A stretch of DNA of 64,000 bases from an uncultured Planctomycetaceae bacterium (lineage in GTDB: Bacteria; Planctomycetota; Planctomycetia; Isosphaerales; Isosphaeraceae): the NCBI GenBank assembly GCA_963833985.1, contig CAWIAD010000002.1:3168001-3232000 (forward strand). The letters are read 5' to 3'. Each line of letters begins with the position of its first letter. Position 1 is the stretch's first letter. The translations under genes were made by a program, and so were the position numbers. Positions 21,206-32,000 of this stretch are shown in pieces. The notes under the pieces were generated by a model, which worked only from the letters and a program-made list of their open reading frames with translations, ran no database searches and had not been told where the DNA came from.

Positions 21206-22958
21206 ATGAGCGATGTAATCGGGAACCAGGTTGATCTGGGCGCTCCCGGAGCGGGGGACGGCTCCGGCCGGGCCGCAGGGCGATGGGGCTGGACTGCCAG
21301 CCTTCTGATCGGGGCGGTCGCTCTGGGCATGAACCTCGCGGGCAATGCGCGGACGGGGCTCTGGGATCGCGACGAGCCCCGGTACGCGGTGGCCGTGCGC
21401 GAGATGCACGCCAGCGGCGACTGGATCTTCCCCACGTTCAACGGCCAGCCGCGCTACCACAAGCCCATCCTGATCTACTGGCTGATGGGGCTGAGCACGG
21501 CAGTGGCCGGGGATACGCCGTTTGGCGTGCGGCTCGTCTCGGCCATCGCGGGGGCGTGCACCTGCGTGCTGGTCGGTGGCATGGGCCGGCGCAGTCTGGG
21601 GACCGCGCACGGGTCTGCTTGCCGGGCTGATGCTCGCGGTGGCGCCGATCATGGTGGCCGACTCCAAGCTGGCGACCACCGATGCCACGCTGGCGCTCTG
21701 GGTCGTGGCCTGCCAGTGCTGCCTCCGCGAGCTGACCCTGCGTCCCTCCCGGTTGCTGGCGGGGACGTTCTGGACCTGCCTGGGCCTGGCCTGCCTGACG
21801 AAGGGGCCGATCGGGCCGACGCTGCTGGCCGTGTCCGCCGCCTTGGCATGGTGGTGGGGCTGGCCGGCACGCACGGTCTGGAAGCGGCTGCATCCACGCC
21901 TGGGCTTGCTCGGCCTCGCCGCAATCACGTTACCCTGGTTCTTGACCATCGCGGTGGTCTCCCGCGGCGACTTCGTTCGCTTCGCCGTGGGCAAGCAGCT
22001 CGTCGAGCGGGTGACGACGGGCGTGGAACAGCACGGCGGCTTCCCGGGGTATTACGCCTTGCTTTCGCTGCTGGCCTTCTACCCCTGGTCGGCCCTGGTT
22101 CCGGCCGCCCTGTGGGCCATCTGGAGCCGGCGGCGCACGAATCCGGATCTGGGATTCCTGCTCGGCTGGGTGCTCGGTCCGTGGCTGCTGCTGGAGTGCC
22201 TGCCCACGCGGCTGCTGCATTACTTCTTGCCGGCCTATCCCGCGTGTGCCCTGGCGGTGGCCTGGATGCTGGAAACCATCATCGCGGAGGAAGTGACCCT
22301 GCGACGCTGGCCGCTCGGACGGTTGGGCCTGGGGCTGCTGGGAGGGATCGGCATCGCGGGAACGCTCATCTTGCTGGCCATGGCGGTTCCCGCGCCGGGG
22401 TTCCTGCGGCTGCCGCTGGCCGCCGTCTCCATCGTCCTGGGTGCAGGAACGCTCATGGCCATGCTCTGGCTGCATCGCGGCGCGACCCGGCAGGCCGTGG
22501 CCGCGCTGGGCGCGGCCTGGGTGGTTCTCATGCTCGTGGTGGGGGGATGGTTGATTCCCGCGGCCGAGCCCTACCGCACCTCCAGCAAGATTGGCCGCAG
22601 GTTCGCCGAGCTGGCGTCGGCCACCGGCATCAAGCCGGTGCTCCTGAACTACCAGGAGCCGGGTGTGGTGTACTGCATGAAGCAGACCGTCGCCACGGTC
22701 CGCAACCGCCACGAGTTCTACGGCCTGCTGGATCAGCACCAGCAGTTGCTCACGATCATCGGCATCGAGGAAGCACCGGTGCTGCGGCAGAAGTACCAGA
22801 TCGACGTCGATCTGGTGGAGGGCCTGGAGGGCTTCAGCCTGACCAAGTGGCAAAAACAGACGCTCCAGATTGCCCTGCTCCGCCGCGCGGGGGCTGAACC
22901 GCCCTCGCTGCCGTCAATCGCCCGCGCCGGGCGCGGCGAGCAGACGCTCGTAAAGTGA
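21206..22958 (+). CDS. ArnT/GT39-like membrane glycosyltransferase, apparent frameshift near 21590
   Basis: LWDRDEPRYA..REM, HKPILIYW, LTKGPIG, HYFLPAYPA, many TM segments, split over ORFs 21032..22897 and 21522..22958. Confidence 0.85.
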
Positions 22959-24083
22959 GCGCAGTTGCCGGGTCATCGTCTCGTGCCGGAACTGCTCCGC
23001 GAACCGGCGCCGCCCCTCCCGGCCCATGGCGTGGCGCAGGGAGGCGTCTCCGGCCAGCCGGAGGATGGCCGCCGTGAGGCCGGGGAGGTCCCGCGGCCGC
23101 AGCAGGATGCCCGTTTCCGGCAGAACGACCTCCGCGGCGCCGTCGATGTCGTAGCTGATCACCGGGCGGCCCGCCAGGAGCGCCTGCGGGAGCACCCGGG
23201 CGAGGCCCTCGCGCAGGCTGGGATGGATCACGGCGTCGACCGCGCCGAGCAACTCGGGAATCCGGTCGGGAGGAACCAGGCCGGTGAGCACGAAGGCGCC
23301 GCGGATGCCCCGCCCTTCCAGCTCCGCGATGAGCGTGTCGCGGAGAATGCCGTCGCCAATCCAGACGAACCGGACCTCGGGGTGGCCGCGCAGCACGTCG
23401 GCGGCCACGGCCACGATGTCCTCGTGTCCCTTGAGCTCGAAGAGCCGCGCGACTGTTGCGAAGGCCACATGCTCAGGGGACAGGCCCAGCTCCTGCCGGA
23501 CCTCGTCCCGCGATCTGCGGGGTTGCAGGAATGCCTCGGTATCCATGCCGCTGTAGATGGTCAGGAACTGTTCGGGCCGGCCCACACCGGCGGCAAGCGC
23601 CTGGCGGGTCATGGCATCGCACACGCTGACGATGGCGTGGCAGCGCCGGGCCGCCCAGCGCTCCAGCCCGATGTAGAGCCGGTTCCGGGCCGGGGTCTCA
23701 AATGCCCCGAAGGGCATGCCGTGGATCGTGTGTACGATCGCCGGAACGCGCTCGTGCCAGGCGGCGGCGCGGCCCAGAATCCCTGCTTTCGAGCTGTGAG
23801 TGTGGACGACCTCCGGCCTGAGCCTGCGGAACGCCGCCCGCAGCGTCCAGTAGGCTTTCTGGTCGGTCCAGGGGCGGAGCGGCCGGACAAGCTCGGGCAT
23901 GACCTCGATCTGCAATTGCCGCTCCCGGCCGCGGTCGAAGAGATCGCCCTCCGGCCCCTCCGCCGGGCCTGTGAGCAGCGTCACCTCATCATGGTAGGCG
24001 TGCTGGAGGCCGTCCACCGTCAGCAGCGTGTTCTCCTGTGCGCCGCCCAGGATCAGGCGCGTGATCACGTGGACGATTCGCAT
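22914..24083 (-). CDS. Glycosyltransferase family 4
   Basis: MRIVHVITRLILGGAQEN, VHTHSSKAG, ARLFELKGH, SLREGLARVLPQA. Confidence 0.92.
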   Translation of the reverse strand: MRIVHVITRLILGGAQENTLLTVDGLQHAYHDEVTLLTGPAEGPEGDLFDRGRERQLQIEVMPELVRPLRPWTDQKAYWTLRAAFRRLRPEVVHTHSSKAGILGRAAAWHERVPAIVHTIHGMPFGAFETPARNRLYIGLERWAARRCHAIVSVCDAMTRQALAAGVGRPEQFLTIYSGMDTEAFLQPRRSRDEVRQELGLSPEHVAFATVARLFELKGHEDIVAVAADVLRGHPEVRFVWIGDGILRDTLIAELEGRGIRGAFVLTGLVPPDRIPELLGAVDAVIHPSLREGLARVLPQALLAGRPVISYDIDGAAEVVLPETGILLRPRDLPGLTAAILRLAGDASLRHAMGREGRRRFAEQFRHETMTRQLRSLYERLLAAPGAGD

Positions 24084-24135
24084 TGAAAACGGTTCCTTCG
24101 CTGGCGGGGGCGCGGCCGAGACGGAGGCCGGCCTG

Positions 24136-24912
24136 TCATGTCGCTGGTTCGGGGGCTGGTGTCCCGGGTCTCGGGGCGTGCTGCACGTAAACGAGGAACA
24201 ATCCCTGCGGGGGCGCCGTTGGACCCGCCGCCACGCGGCTACCGGCGCGCAGCACGTCGCCCACCCACGATTCGGGCCGCTTGCCCGAGCCCACCCACGC
24301 GAGCGTGCCGGCGATGGCACGCACCATATTGTACAGGAAGCCGTCGGCCTCGACCTCGAGAGCCACCCGATCGTCGTCCTGTCGCGCGACGGCAAGCTCG
24401 AAGATCGTCCGCACGCTGCTGGTCCGGTTCGGCCATTCGGTCTCGAAGCTGCGGAAATCGTGCCGGCCCACCAGCGCCCGCCCCGCGCGGTTCATGGCGT
24501 CGATGTCGAGTCGGTGCGGAAACTGCCAGCTATAGCGCAGATGGAACGGGCTGGGGATCGGACCGTCATCGATCACGTAGCGATACCGCTTCGACGTGGC
24601 GTCGAGCGTGGAATGGAACGACTGCGGCATCGCGCGGGCCTCGAGGACCCGCAGGTCGCGCGGGAGCAAAGCGTTCAGCGCCCGGGTGATGACGTCCTCG
24701 CGATGCCGGCAGTCAGTGAAGAAGTGGACCACCTGCCCGAGCGCATGAACGCCCGCGTCGGTGCGGCTGCTGGCTGTCGTCTTCGGCCGCACCTGCGTGA
24801 GCGAGTTGATAGCGTCCTCGAGCGTTTCCTGGACGGTCCTCAGTCCCGGCTGACGCTGCCAGCCGCGGAAGTCCGTGCCGTCATAGCTGAGGATCAGCTT
24901 GATGTTGCGCAT
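24136..24912 (-). CDS. truA: tRNA pseudouridine(38-40) synthase TruA
   Basis: SYDGTDFRGWQRQ, SRTDAGVHALGQ, GRHDFRSF, GFLYNMVR, TAPPQGLFL. Confidence 0.96.
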   Translation of the reverse strand: MRNIKLILSYDGTDFRGWQRQPGLRTVQETLEDAINSLTQVRPKTTASSRTDAGVHALGQVVHFFTDCRHREDVITRALNALLPRDLRVLEARAMPQSFHSTLDATSKRYRYVIDDGPIPSPFHLRYSWQFPHRLDIDAMNRAGRALVGRHDFRSFETEWPNRTSSVRTIFELAVARQDDDRVALEVEADGFLYNMVRAIAGTLAWVGSGKRPESWVGDVLRAGSRVAAGPTAPPQGLFLVYVQHAPRPGTPAPEPAT

Positions 24913-24949
24913 GATCCTGTTCGATTGCCCGAACGCCTCCTTCCCGGGC

Positions 24950-25966
24950 TCAGGACCGGGCCGGCTCCAGCTTGAGGAGTTCTTCGGCGATCTGGACGGC
25001 GTTGGTGGCCGCCCCCTTGCGGAGGTTGTCGCTGACGCACCAGAAGAGCAAGGTATTGGGGCGGCTGAGATCCTGGCGAATGCGTCCCACGAAGACGTCG
25101 TCACAGCCGGCAGCCGAGGCAGCCAGCGGATAGCTGCCGGTGGCTGGATCGTCGAGCAGGGTCACGCCCGGCGCGTTCGACCAGAGCCCGCGCGCTTGCT
25201 CGACGCTGATCGGCCGCTCGGTCTCGACAAGGATCGATTCGCTGTGGCTGTAGGCCACGGGCACGCGCACGCAGGTGGGAGAGACCTCCATCGTCTCGTC
25301 GCCCATGATCTTGCGCGTCTCGTTGACCATCTTCATCTCCTCCTTGGTGTAACCGCCGGCCAGGAAGTCGTCAATGTGCGGGATGCAGTTGCCGACGATG
25401 GGATGCGCGAACTTCGCCGGCGCGGGCATCGCCTGCTTCTGGACCGCGGCTCCGAGCTGGGACTCCAGCTCCTGGATCCCTCTCATGCCCGCGCCCGAGA
25501 CCGACTGGTACGTGCTGACGACGACACGGCGCACCCGCGCCACATCGTGCAGGGGCTTGAGCGCGACGACCATCTGGATGGTCGAGCAATTGGGGTTGGC
25601 GATGATCCCTTCGTTCCAGGCGATGTCGTGGGGGTTGACCTCGGGAACCACCAGGGGCACGCGCGGATCCATGCGAAAGGCGCTCGAGTTGTCCACGACG
25701 ACGGCGCCGGCGGCCGCGGCGATCGGGCTCCACTGCCGTGAGATGCTCGCCGGGGTGCTCGAGAGCACGATATCGACGCCGCGGAAGGCGTCCTGGGTGA
25801 TCGGCTCGATGACATGCTGCTGGCCGCGAAACTTCACGGCCTTGCCGGCGCTGCGTTCGGAAGCCAGGAACTTGATGCTGGCCACGGGAAAGGCCCGCTC
25901 TTCGAGCAGGCGGATCATCCGCTCTCCCACGGCCCCGCTGGCCCCCACGACGGCGATGTTCTTCAC
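24950..25966 (-). CDS. asd: Aspartate-semialdehyde dehydrogenase
   Basis: VVGASGAVG, DNSSAFRM, ANPNCSTIQM, STYQSVSGAG, TCVRVPV..HSE, DNLRKGAATNAVQIAE; GAGGAG SD before the GTG start. Confidence 0.97.
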   Translation of the reverse strand: MKNIAVVGASGAVGERMIRLLEERAFPVASIKFLASERSAGKAVKFRGQQHVIEPITQDAFRGVDIVLSSTPASISRQWSPIAAAAGAVVVDNSSAFRMDPRVPLVVPEVNPHDIAWNEGIIANPNCSTIQMVVALKPLHDVARVRRVVVSTYQSVSGAGMRGIQELESQLGAAVQKQAMPAPAKFAHPIVGNCIPHIDDFLAGGYTKEEMKMVNETRKIMGDETMEVSPTCVRVPVAYSHSESILVETERPISVEQARGLWSNAPGVTLLDDPATGSYPLAASAAGCDDVFVGRIRQDLSRPNTLLFWCVSDNLRKGAATNAVQIAEELLKLEPARS

Positions 25967-26523
25967 GGCCAAACTCCTCACACGACAAGAATCCACGGCA
26001 CGCAGCGCAAACACGAGAGCCGCGACCGATCGTCCCACGCCGGCCGGAACGCCGCGGGCGTGCTCGCATCGCCTTGATCGTATCACAAGAGCGGAATGTC
26101 CGGGAGACCGTGCGCCGCGCCGCAAGCCCTTCGCGATAAAACTGGCTCAATGGAAACTGTCAACGCGCCCGGATAGGACATCCCCTGTTTCCCGCGAAGG
26201 AGACCGCCCATGCCGAATGTCATGATCCCTGAAGAAACCTTCCTGACGCATGGTTCGGCACTGGACCGGCACCGCGAGGCGACTCGTGGGTCGCGGCCGT
26301 GAACGCACCGGTGTTCGAATCCGAGGTCGAGTCGATCCGCCCTTGCCTTCCGTGTAACCGGCCTTTCCGCGGCGAGGACTGGGGCCACCAGACCGCGGTC
26401 GCGCTGGGCTTGGTCTCGTCGCTGGCAATCCCTGGAGATCCAGTTCAGGGGGCCGTCCCGAAGAAACTCCACTGATGACGGGCCGCTTCCCATGTTATCC
26501 AACCTGACGTCATGCCTCACTAT

Positions 26524-28033
26524 TTCTACTGTATCTCTACGTTCGTAGTTGGTTCTTCAAAGGGGGTAAGAGTTTGCGTGAGTAATGCTGGAAGAATCGG
26601 GCGAGCTCGTTGCGTTCCAACCAACGTGTGGTGCACCGGGAGAGCTTCTCGGGGCTGTTGACGTTGAGACGTTCCTCGATGATCCCTGCGATCAGTTGCC
26701 GCAACCGCGGTGACGTCAATGCCGGTGTCTGTATTTTTTCCCCGCCGCGTCTCCTGATTCAGGAACCACGCGGCCACGAGCGACATGGTTTGATGGTGAT
26801 GCCAGGCGATCCAGTTCCGCACCTGGTAATCGGCCAGGCCCGCCTCCCCTTTGCCCCGCTCCAGGCACTCCTCGATCCGATGCGCCAGTTTGGCCACCCG
26901 GCCAAATTCGATCAACGGAGTTTCGGCTTTACTATTTGATAAATAATAATCATGTTTAACAGTTCCATCGGCCTGTTGCTCACGCGTGATGAAGAGGACC
27001 TCCTCGAAACCTGCACGATTGCCCGGTCCTCGAGATTGGACGCGCCGCTTGATCGCGTCGACCACCAAAGGTCCCTTCTCGCCATCACGGACGTCGAGCC
27101 TCGTCCACGCCGATTCCGGCAGGGCCGCACGCCAATGATCCACACGCATGAAAGGAGCCTTGGGGGGTTGACCCCGCCCCCCATATTCCGGTGGCGGTGC
27201 CTCCAGATCGCGGATCGTCGTGTTCGACGGAACCGCCAACAGATACTGCTCCCCCCGCTCCCTCAACGCCTGGCGAAAACTCGCGGGACGGCCCATTTCA
27301 TCGTCCCCCGCCACCCACGCGTGTGGCAGCAACCCACCTTGCTCATCCAGCATCGCCAGGGCCAATTGATGGCGCGTCTGGAACTTGATGGACTTGGGGA
27401 CGCCAGCCTTGTTCCGGCGGTCGCGATCCTTGGCCCATTCCTTGGGCAAGTAAAGCCTTACATTGGTAATCGTATGCTCTTTTCTAGACGCATAAGCCAT
27501 GTAGACGCCAACCTGACAGTTCTCAACCTTCCCCAGCCGGCCGCACCACTGCCGCGCGACGCCCACCGACATAGTCCCTTTCTTGGGGAAGCCCGAAGGG
27601 TCGAAGATAATCACCCCATCCTTCTCGCCCAGTTGCTCGCCGACCTGCTGCGCCAGGATCGTGAGCAGGGGTTGATGATCCCATGGCACGTGCCCGATGA
27701 ACTTTTGGATTCCTTGTCGTTCTTGATCGTGGAGATAAGCGATTCCCTCGCCGGTCTTGTGCTCAAGCTTCGACAGCAGACCGGTAACGTACTCGGTTGC
27801 ATGTCGATGTTGTTCAGGTTCACTCAGGGTCGCAGCGAACGGCTCGATGAAGACGTCCAACCGTTCCAGCAGACCATCGACCAAGTCAGGCGACACCTGC
27901 GATTGTGCCAGCATGTCAGCCAACCGTGCTTCGTATCGTCGATCCATGACGCCCTCGCTTCCTTGTAATATCCTTGACGGAAGCGAATATCAGAAAAAAC
28001 CTTACAGTTCGTCAACCCCAGGATACAGTAGAA
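26524..28033 (-). mobile_element. IS701-family insertion sequence
   Basis: 12-bp TIR TTCTACTGTATC / GATACAGTAGAA with a 4-bp direct repeat CTAT (26520-26523, 28034-28037). An alternative reading is an 11-bp TIR with 6-bp DR ACTATT. Confidence 0.85.
26526..27947 (-). CDS. IS701-family DDE transposase
   Basis: FDPSGFPKKG..SVGVARQWCGRLGKVENCQVGV, RLYLPKEW, WVAGDDEMG, IEECLERGKGEAGLADYQVR. Confidence 0.93.
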   Translation of the reverse strand: MDRRYEARLADMLAQSQVSPDLVDGLLERLDVFIEPFAATLSEPEQHRHATEYVTGLLSKLEHKTGEGIAYLHDQERQGIQKFIGHVPWDHQPLLTILAQQVGEQLGEKDGVIIFDPSGFPKKGTMSVGVARQWCGRLGKVENCQVGVYMAYASRKEHTITNVRLYLPKEWAKDRDRRNKAGVPKSIKFQTRHQLALAMLDEQGGLLPHAWVAGDDEMGRPASFRQALRERGEQYLLAVPSNTTIRDLEAPPPEYGGRGQPPKAPFMRVDHWRAALPESAWTRLDVRDGEKGPLVVDAIKRRVQSRGPGNRAGFEEVLFITREQQADGTVKHDYYLSNSKAETPLIEFGRVAKLAHRIEECLERGKGEAGLADYQVRNWIAWHHHQTMSLVAAWFLNQETRRGKNTDTGIDVTAVAATDRRDHRGTSQRQQPREALPVHHTLVGTQRARPILPALLTQTLTPFEEPTTNVEIQ

Positions 28034-28873
28034 CTATTCACTGAATAACCGATTACTGGAACGTGCAGGGAGATCTTCCCAATTAAGCCAGACTGTCTCG
28101 ACAGTTCGCTCTTTGACCTGCCCTCCCGATGAATGATTCGGCATGTCAAACTCTAACTTTCTCCAGCCGGTGAAAAGTCCATCGTAGACAGTTGATGGAT
28201 AACCACTTAATACTACTTTCGATTTGCATGAATTGAGAAGCCTTGCCAAATCACGATGATGTTCTTCGCTCATTTCGGCCCCATAGATCTTACGAGCACT
28301 GGGACTTCGCGTCGCATGTACATATGGTAGATCGCAATACATGAGAGTATCCGGCCCATCCCAATTACGGATGACCTCAAACGCATCTCGCTCCAAGATT
28401 TGGACCGATCGAAATCGCTCAACGACTTGGGGAAGCACCTCATCGATCGCAGACAGATAACCTGATACGACGTCGGCCATTCCCCTTCTGACTCTGTGTT
28501 TCGTGAAGCTGAATGACTCGTCCCTCCCTCCGACCGATTGTCGCCACCGGACAAAATCCTGCCTTGCTCTCTCGATGTCGTCTCCTTCATCCTCGGTACA
28601 CGCCTTCCATTCGACCTCGCTGTACGGAGTCAACGATAAACGCCGCTGGAACTCTGTGCCATGGTCGCGAATTACTCGGAAAAGTCGCGTGATTCGGTGA
28701 TCAAGATCGTTGTACACCTCGACCTGGGCTGGGGCCTTGTTGAGCAACACTGAAGCCGCACCGCCGAAAGGCTCCACATATGTATTATGTGCTGCAAAAA
28801 GAGCAATAATCCTATGGCAAAGGTAGTGCTTGCCTCCATGCCATTTTACGGGAGGTCGAAGGGGGTCAGCCAT
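28034..28873 (-). CDS. Dam-like (D12 class) DNA adenine methyltransferase
   Basis: KWHGGK, YVEPFGGAASV, EVYNDLD; the catalytic motif reads DLPY instead of DPPY. Confidence 0.88.
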   Translation of the reverse strand: MADPLRPPVKWHGGKHYLCHRIIALFAAHNTYVEPFGGAASVLLNKAPAQVEVYNDLDHRITRLFRVIRDHGTEFQRRLSLTPYSEVEWKACTEDEGDDIERARQDFVRWRQSVGGRDESFSFTKHRVRRGMADVVSGYLSAIDEVLPQVVERFRSVQILERDAFEVIRNWDGPDTLMYCDLPYVHATRSPSARKIYGAEMSEEHHRDLARLLNSCKSKVVLSGYPSTVYDGLFTGWRKLEFDMPNHSSGGQVKERTVETVWLNWEDLPARSSNRLFSE

Positions 28874-28947
28874 GCTTTCGCTTTCTGCTTCTACTGCTCT
28901 GTGAGACAAGCGGACGACATTGGACGAAAGGCTTATTCTTTGTCGCG

Positions 28948-29622
28948 TTACTTCCTAACACCTACACGGCGGCATCTAGCAACCAGAGGACAAATGCTGC
29001 AACGGGGGACCAGCGGAGTACAGATGTCGCGTCCAAATGCTATCATGTTAACGTGCAGGTCGTATCGTAGGTCTGGCGGGATTTTGTTCTGCAATCGGTC
29101 CATGTCCTTCGGAGAGCAACTCTTATTGGGTCGCGTTGGACGAATCCAACCTAATCGCCGCGATATTCTCCAGCAATGAGTATCAACTGGGAAAACCTCC
29201 CTTTCCAGAGCATACATCATTACGCACCTGGCGATTTTCCTGCCGACACCGGGGAGGCTGGTAAGAAACTGTTCGCATTCTTGGTCGCTGCGTTGCTGCA
29301 GCGGCGAGAGGGTCACTTCATCGAAAATATTGTTAATACGAGTTAATATACGCTTGATGATTCCTGCCTTTTGTGCCGCCAGCCCAGCCTCTCGAAAGCA
29401 ATCTGCGATATCCGAAGTCGGGGCTTCTACGAGTTGCTCTATCAGTGGATAACGATCTCTCAGTGTTTTATAAGACGCACGGTATTTCCGCTCATCGGTG
29501 CGGACACTACAGACGACGAATAGCAGATCGTCTAAAGGGTCCTTGTAGTTGTAGTGATCGGGGCTACCGTAACGATCTCTGAGTATCGAGGTTATTAAAT
29601 GCACATGTGATGCGTATGGCAT
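28948..29622 (-). CDS. Endonuclease III-like HhH-GPD DNA glycosylase with [4Fe-4S] motif
   Basis: LPGVGRKIA HhH with Lys, FPVDTH, CTPLVPRCSICPLVARC (C-x6-C-x2-C-x5-C). Confidence 0.9.
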   Translation of the reverse strand: MPYASHVHLITSILRDRYGSPDHYNYKDPLDDLLFVVCSVRTDERKYRASYKTLRDRYPLIEQLVEAPTSDIADCFREAGLAAQKAGIIKRILTRINNIFDEVTLSPLQQRSDQECEQFLTSLPGVGRKIARCVMMYALEREVFPVDTHCWRISRRLGWIRPTRPNKSCSPKDMDRLQNKIPPDLRYDLHVNMIAFGRDICTPLVPRCSICPLVARCRRVGVRK

Positions 29623-29677
29623 TGGGGCGATCGTCTCTGAATTGTCACCTTGCCGGACGCGGCAACTAGTGAACCCT

Positions 29678-30640
29678 CTAGAGCTGTGAGAAAAGGTTCA
29701 TCTGGGTACCAGGTGCTAATTTTATCGGCTTCCCATCCTTGAGGTTCATGGCAACTCGGATTACCTCGCCGAGTGCTCTGCCTAGGAGTGGAGGAACCGC
29801 GTTTCCAACTTGCTTCAGCTGCTGCCATTCACTCGTTCGTAGCACGAACCCGTCATGAAAACTCTGTAATCGCATGGCCTCACGAACGGTGATCCAGCGA
29901 TCAAGAGTAGGGTGAACCCATTCGCTGAGATCCCGGTGCATTTGGGCCATCAACGTGTATGCAACCTGATCCGGGTGGAACCTTCGCCATTTCTCGGGTC
30001 TTGCGTTGTCCCAAACGTGCTTGGGTAAGGAATCTGCTTTCTTGCCAGGAGCTAGGAGTTTGATCAGATTAAGCCTCCTCTCCTGTATTTCTTTAGTGTG
30101 ATGATTGAATAGCAGCACTTTCTGGGAATGAAGGTCGAACCGTCTCTGCTTCTCGTCCTTTGTGTAAGCCTTGCCATCCGCATCAAGACGCATCTCTCTT
30201 TGAAACTGCGTAAGTGACTTTCCCTTCGGGTAGAGGAGGGGTGTATCGGAGTCGGGTGCTTGAAGCGACGGTAGATCGCCTATCGCTTCAATGACGCTGG
30301 GTCCGGGATTTTTCAACTGACGCAGAGCAGCAGTGAAGACGTGCTCGATCTCAATATTGAGTACATCTGGCCGAGTCGCTAGGAAGATTGCACGCCTGCG
30401 TGCCTGCGGCACACCGAACTCCGACGCATCGACTATTTGTACTGAGAGATTAGAGTAGCCAACCGCGGAGAGTGCTTTTTGAATTCGACTGCGAAATAAG
30501 CCTTTTTTCATTAATAACATATTCGGCACATTTTCTATGATTACGAATTCAGGCTTGAGCATGGGTGCGAGGCGGCATAGATGCATGTATAGCTCATTCC
30601 TTGGGTCTGCCACGTCTCGCGGTCCAATTTGGCTGTAACC
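29678..30640 (-). pseudogene. C5-cytosine DNA methyltransferase, 5'-truncated
   Basis: ENV (motif VI), GVPQARRRAIF (VIII), RWITVREAMRLQSF (IX), QVGNAVPP (X). The frame extends upstream only to GYSQIGPRD, preceded by TAG; motif I and the catalytic PC are absent. Confidence 0.85.
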
Positions 30641-30728
30641 CTAAACCCAGAGAAAGGACAGGCAACGCATTCTTGACCTGGGCTGTGGGATCGGGTAGCT
30701 TGTGCGGATCTTGCTGGGAGGTCCGCTC

Positions 30729-31781
30729 ATGACGATTGCCCGTGCGCATCTGGTCGATCCGACTGTGACCCGCTGGTATCACTGCATCACGCGGTGCGTA
30801 CGGCGGGCGTTTCTGCTGGGTGAAGGCGGGATCGACCGCAAGGAATGGATCGAACGGCGAGTCCAGGAACTTGCGGAGATCTTCTCGGTCGGCGTGGGCG
30901 GGTTCGCTGTCCTGGATAATCACCTGCATCTGCTGGTGCGGCTCGACCCGGATGTGGCGGCGGGGTGGGCGGATGAAGACGTCGTGCGGCGCTGGGGGAG
31001 GCTCTTTCCACCGCGCGACAAGGCGCGGCGGGCACTGCCGGTCTCGGACGCGTGGGTCAAGGAACGGCTGAAAGACGCGAAGTGGGTGGCGATGGCACGC
31101 CAGCGGCTGCAAAGCCTGAGCTGGTTCATGAAGTGCCTCAAGGAGCCGCTGTCGCGACTGGCGAACCGCGAGGAGAATGCCCGCGGGGCGTTCTTCGAGG
31201 GGCGATTCCAGAGCGTGGCGATCCTCGATGACGAATCGCTGCTGGCGACGTGCGCCTACATCGATCTGAACCCGGTGGCGGCGGGGATCGCCGAGGTGCC
31301 CGAGTCGAGCGCCCACACGTCGATCAAGGAGCGGGTGGAGCACGTCCAGGAGCAGGGCCGGGCGGAGGACCTGAAGGCTGCCGAGGCCGGCAGCGTGGCG
31401 GGGTCGCAGGCGGCGGAGGGGCTGGAAGAAGGGCTGTGGCTGTGCCCGATCGAGGACCGCCGGAGGCTGGACTCGGACTCGGACTCGGGTCGCGGTCGCG
31501 AAGGGATGGTCGAGGGGTTTTCGCTGGGCAGCTACCTGCTGCTTGTGGACTACACGGGTCGGCTGTATCGCGAGGGGAAGGCGGCGAGCTCGGCGGAGCT
31601 GGCGGGGATCCTGGAGCGACTGGGGAGCAATGCCGAGAGCTGGCAGGCACGGCTGCTGAAGCTGGCCGGCGGCAGGCTGCTGGGGCGGTTCTTCGCGGCG
31701 AGCCGGGAACGGCTGCGGGAGATCGCGGGGCGGCTGGGCCGGCATCACCTGGCGAACCTGGGCGGGTGCGCGGTGAGGTGA
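30729..31781 (+). CDS. Y1 HUH tyrosine transposase (RAYT/IS200-like)
   Basis: WYHCITRCVRRAFL, AVLDNHLHLLV (HUH), FFEGRF, AYIDLNPVAAG (catalytic Tyr). TTGACC-17-TAGCTT promoter-like sequence upstream. Confidence 0.85.
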   Translation: MTIARAHLVDPTVTRWYHCITRCVRRAFLLGEGGIDRKEWIERRVQELAEIFSVGVGGFAVLDNHLHLLVRLDPDVAAGWADEDVVRRWGRLFPPRDKARRALPVSDAWVKERLKDAKWVAMARQRLQSLSWFMKCLKEPLSRLANREENARGAFFEGRFQSVAILDDESLLATCAYIDLNPVAAGIAEVPESSAHTSIKERVEHVQEQGRAEDLKAAEAGSVAGSQAAEGLEEGLWLCPIEDRRRLDSDSDSGRGREGMVEGFSLGSYLLLVDYTGRLYREGKAASSAELAGILERLGSNAESWQARLLKLAGGRLLGRFFAASRERLREIAGRLGRHHLANLGGCAVR

Positions 31782-32000
31782 CGTGGCGACGACGCGGCGA
31801 TGAGCGTGATGCTCGAGATGCTGGTCGGGCTCACGCCCGAGGTTGGGGGCTGCGCCCGTGAAAACCACGTGCTCACGCACGTGGCCATCCGTCGCGGACG
31901 CCAGGGCGCTGGAGCACGTGGCCATCCGGCGCTGGGTCGGCATCACCTGGCGAACCTGGCCGGCTGCCCGGCGCGGTGAGCGGCGACCACGAGGAGGGGA

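Noticed and set aside
31470..31488. GACTCG x3 microsatellite in the Y1 transposase as a phase-variation tract
   Set aside because: A 6-bp unit keeps the frame; it only adds DS residues relative to the second copy.
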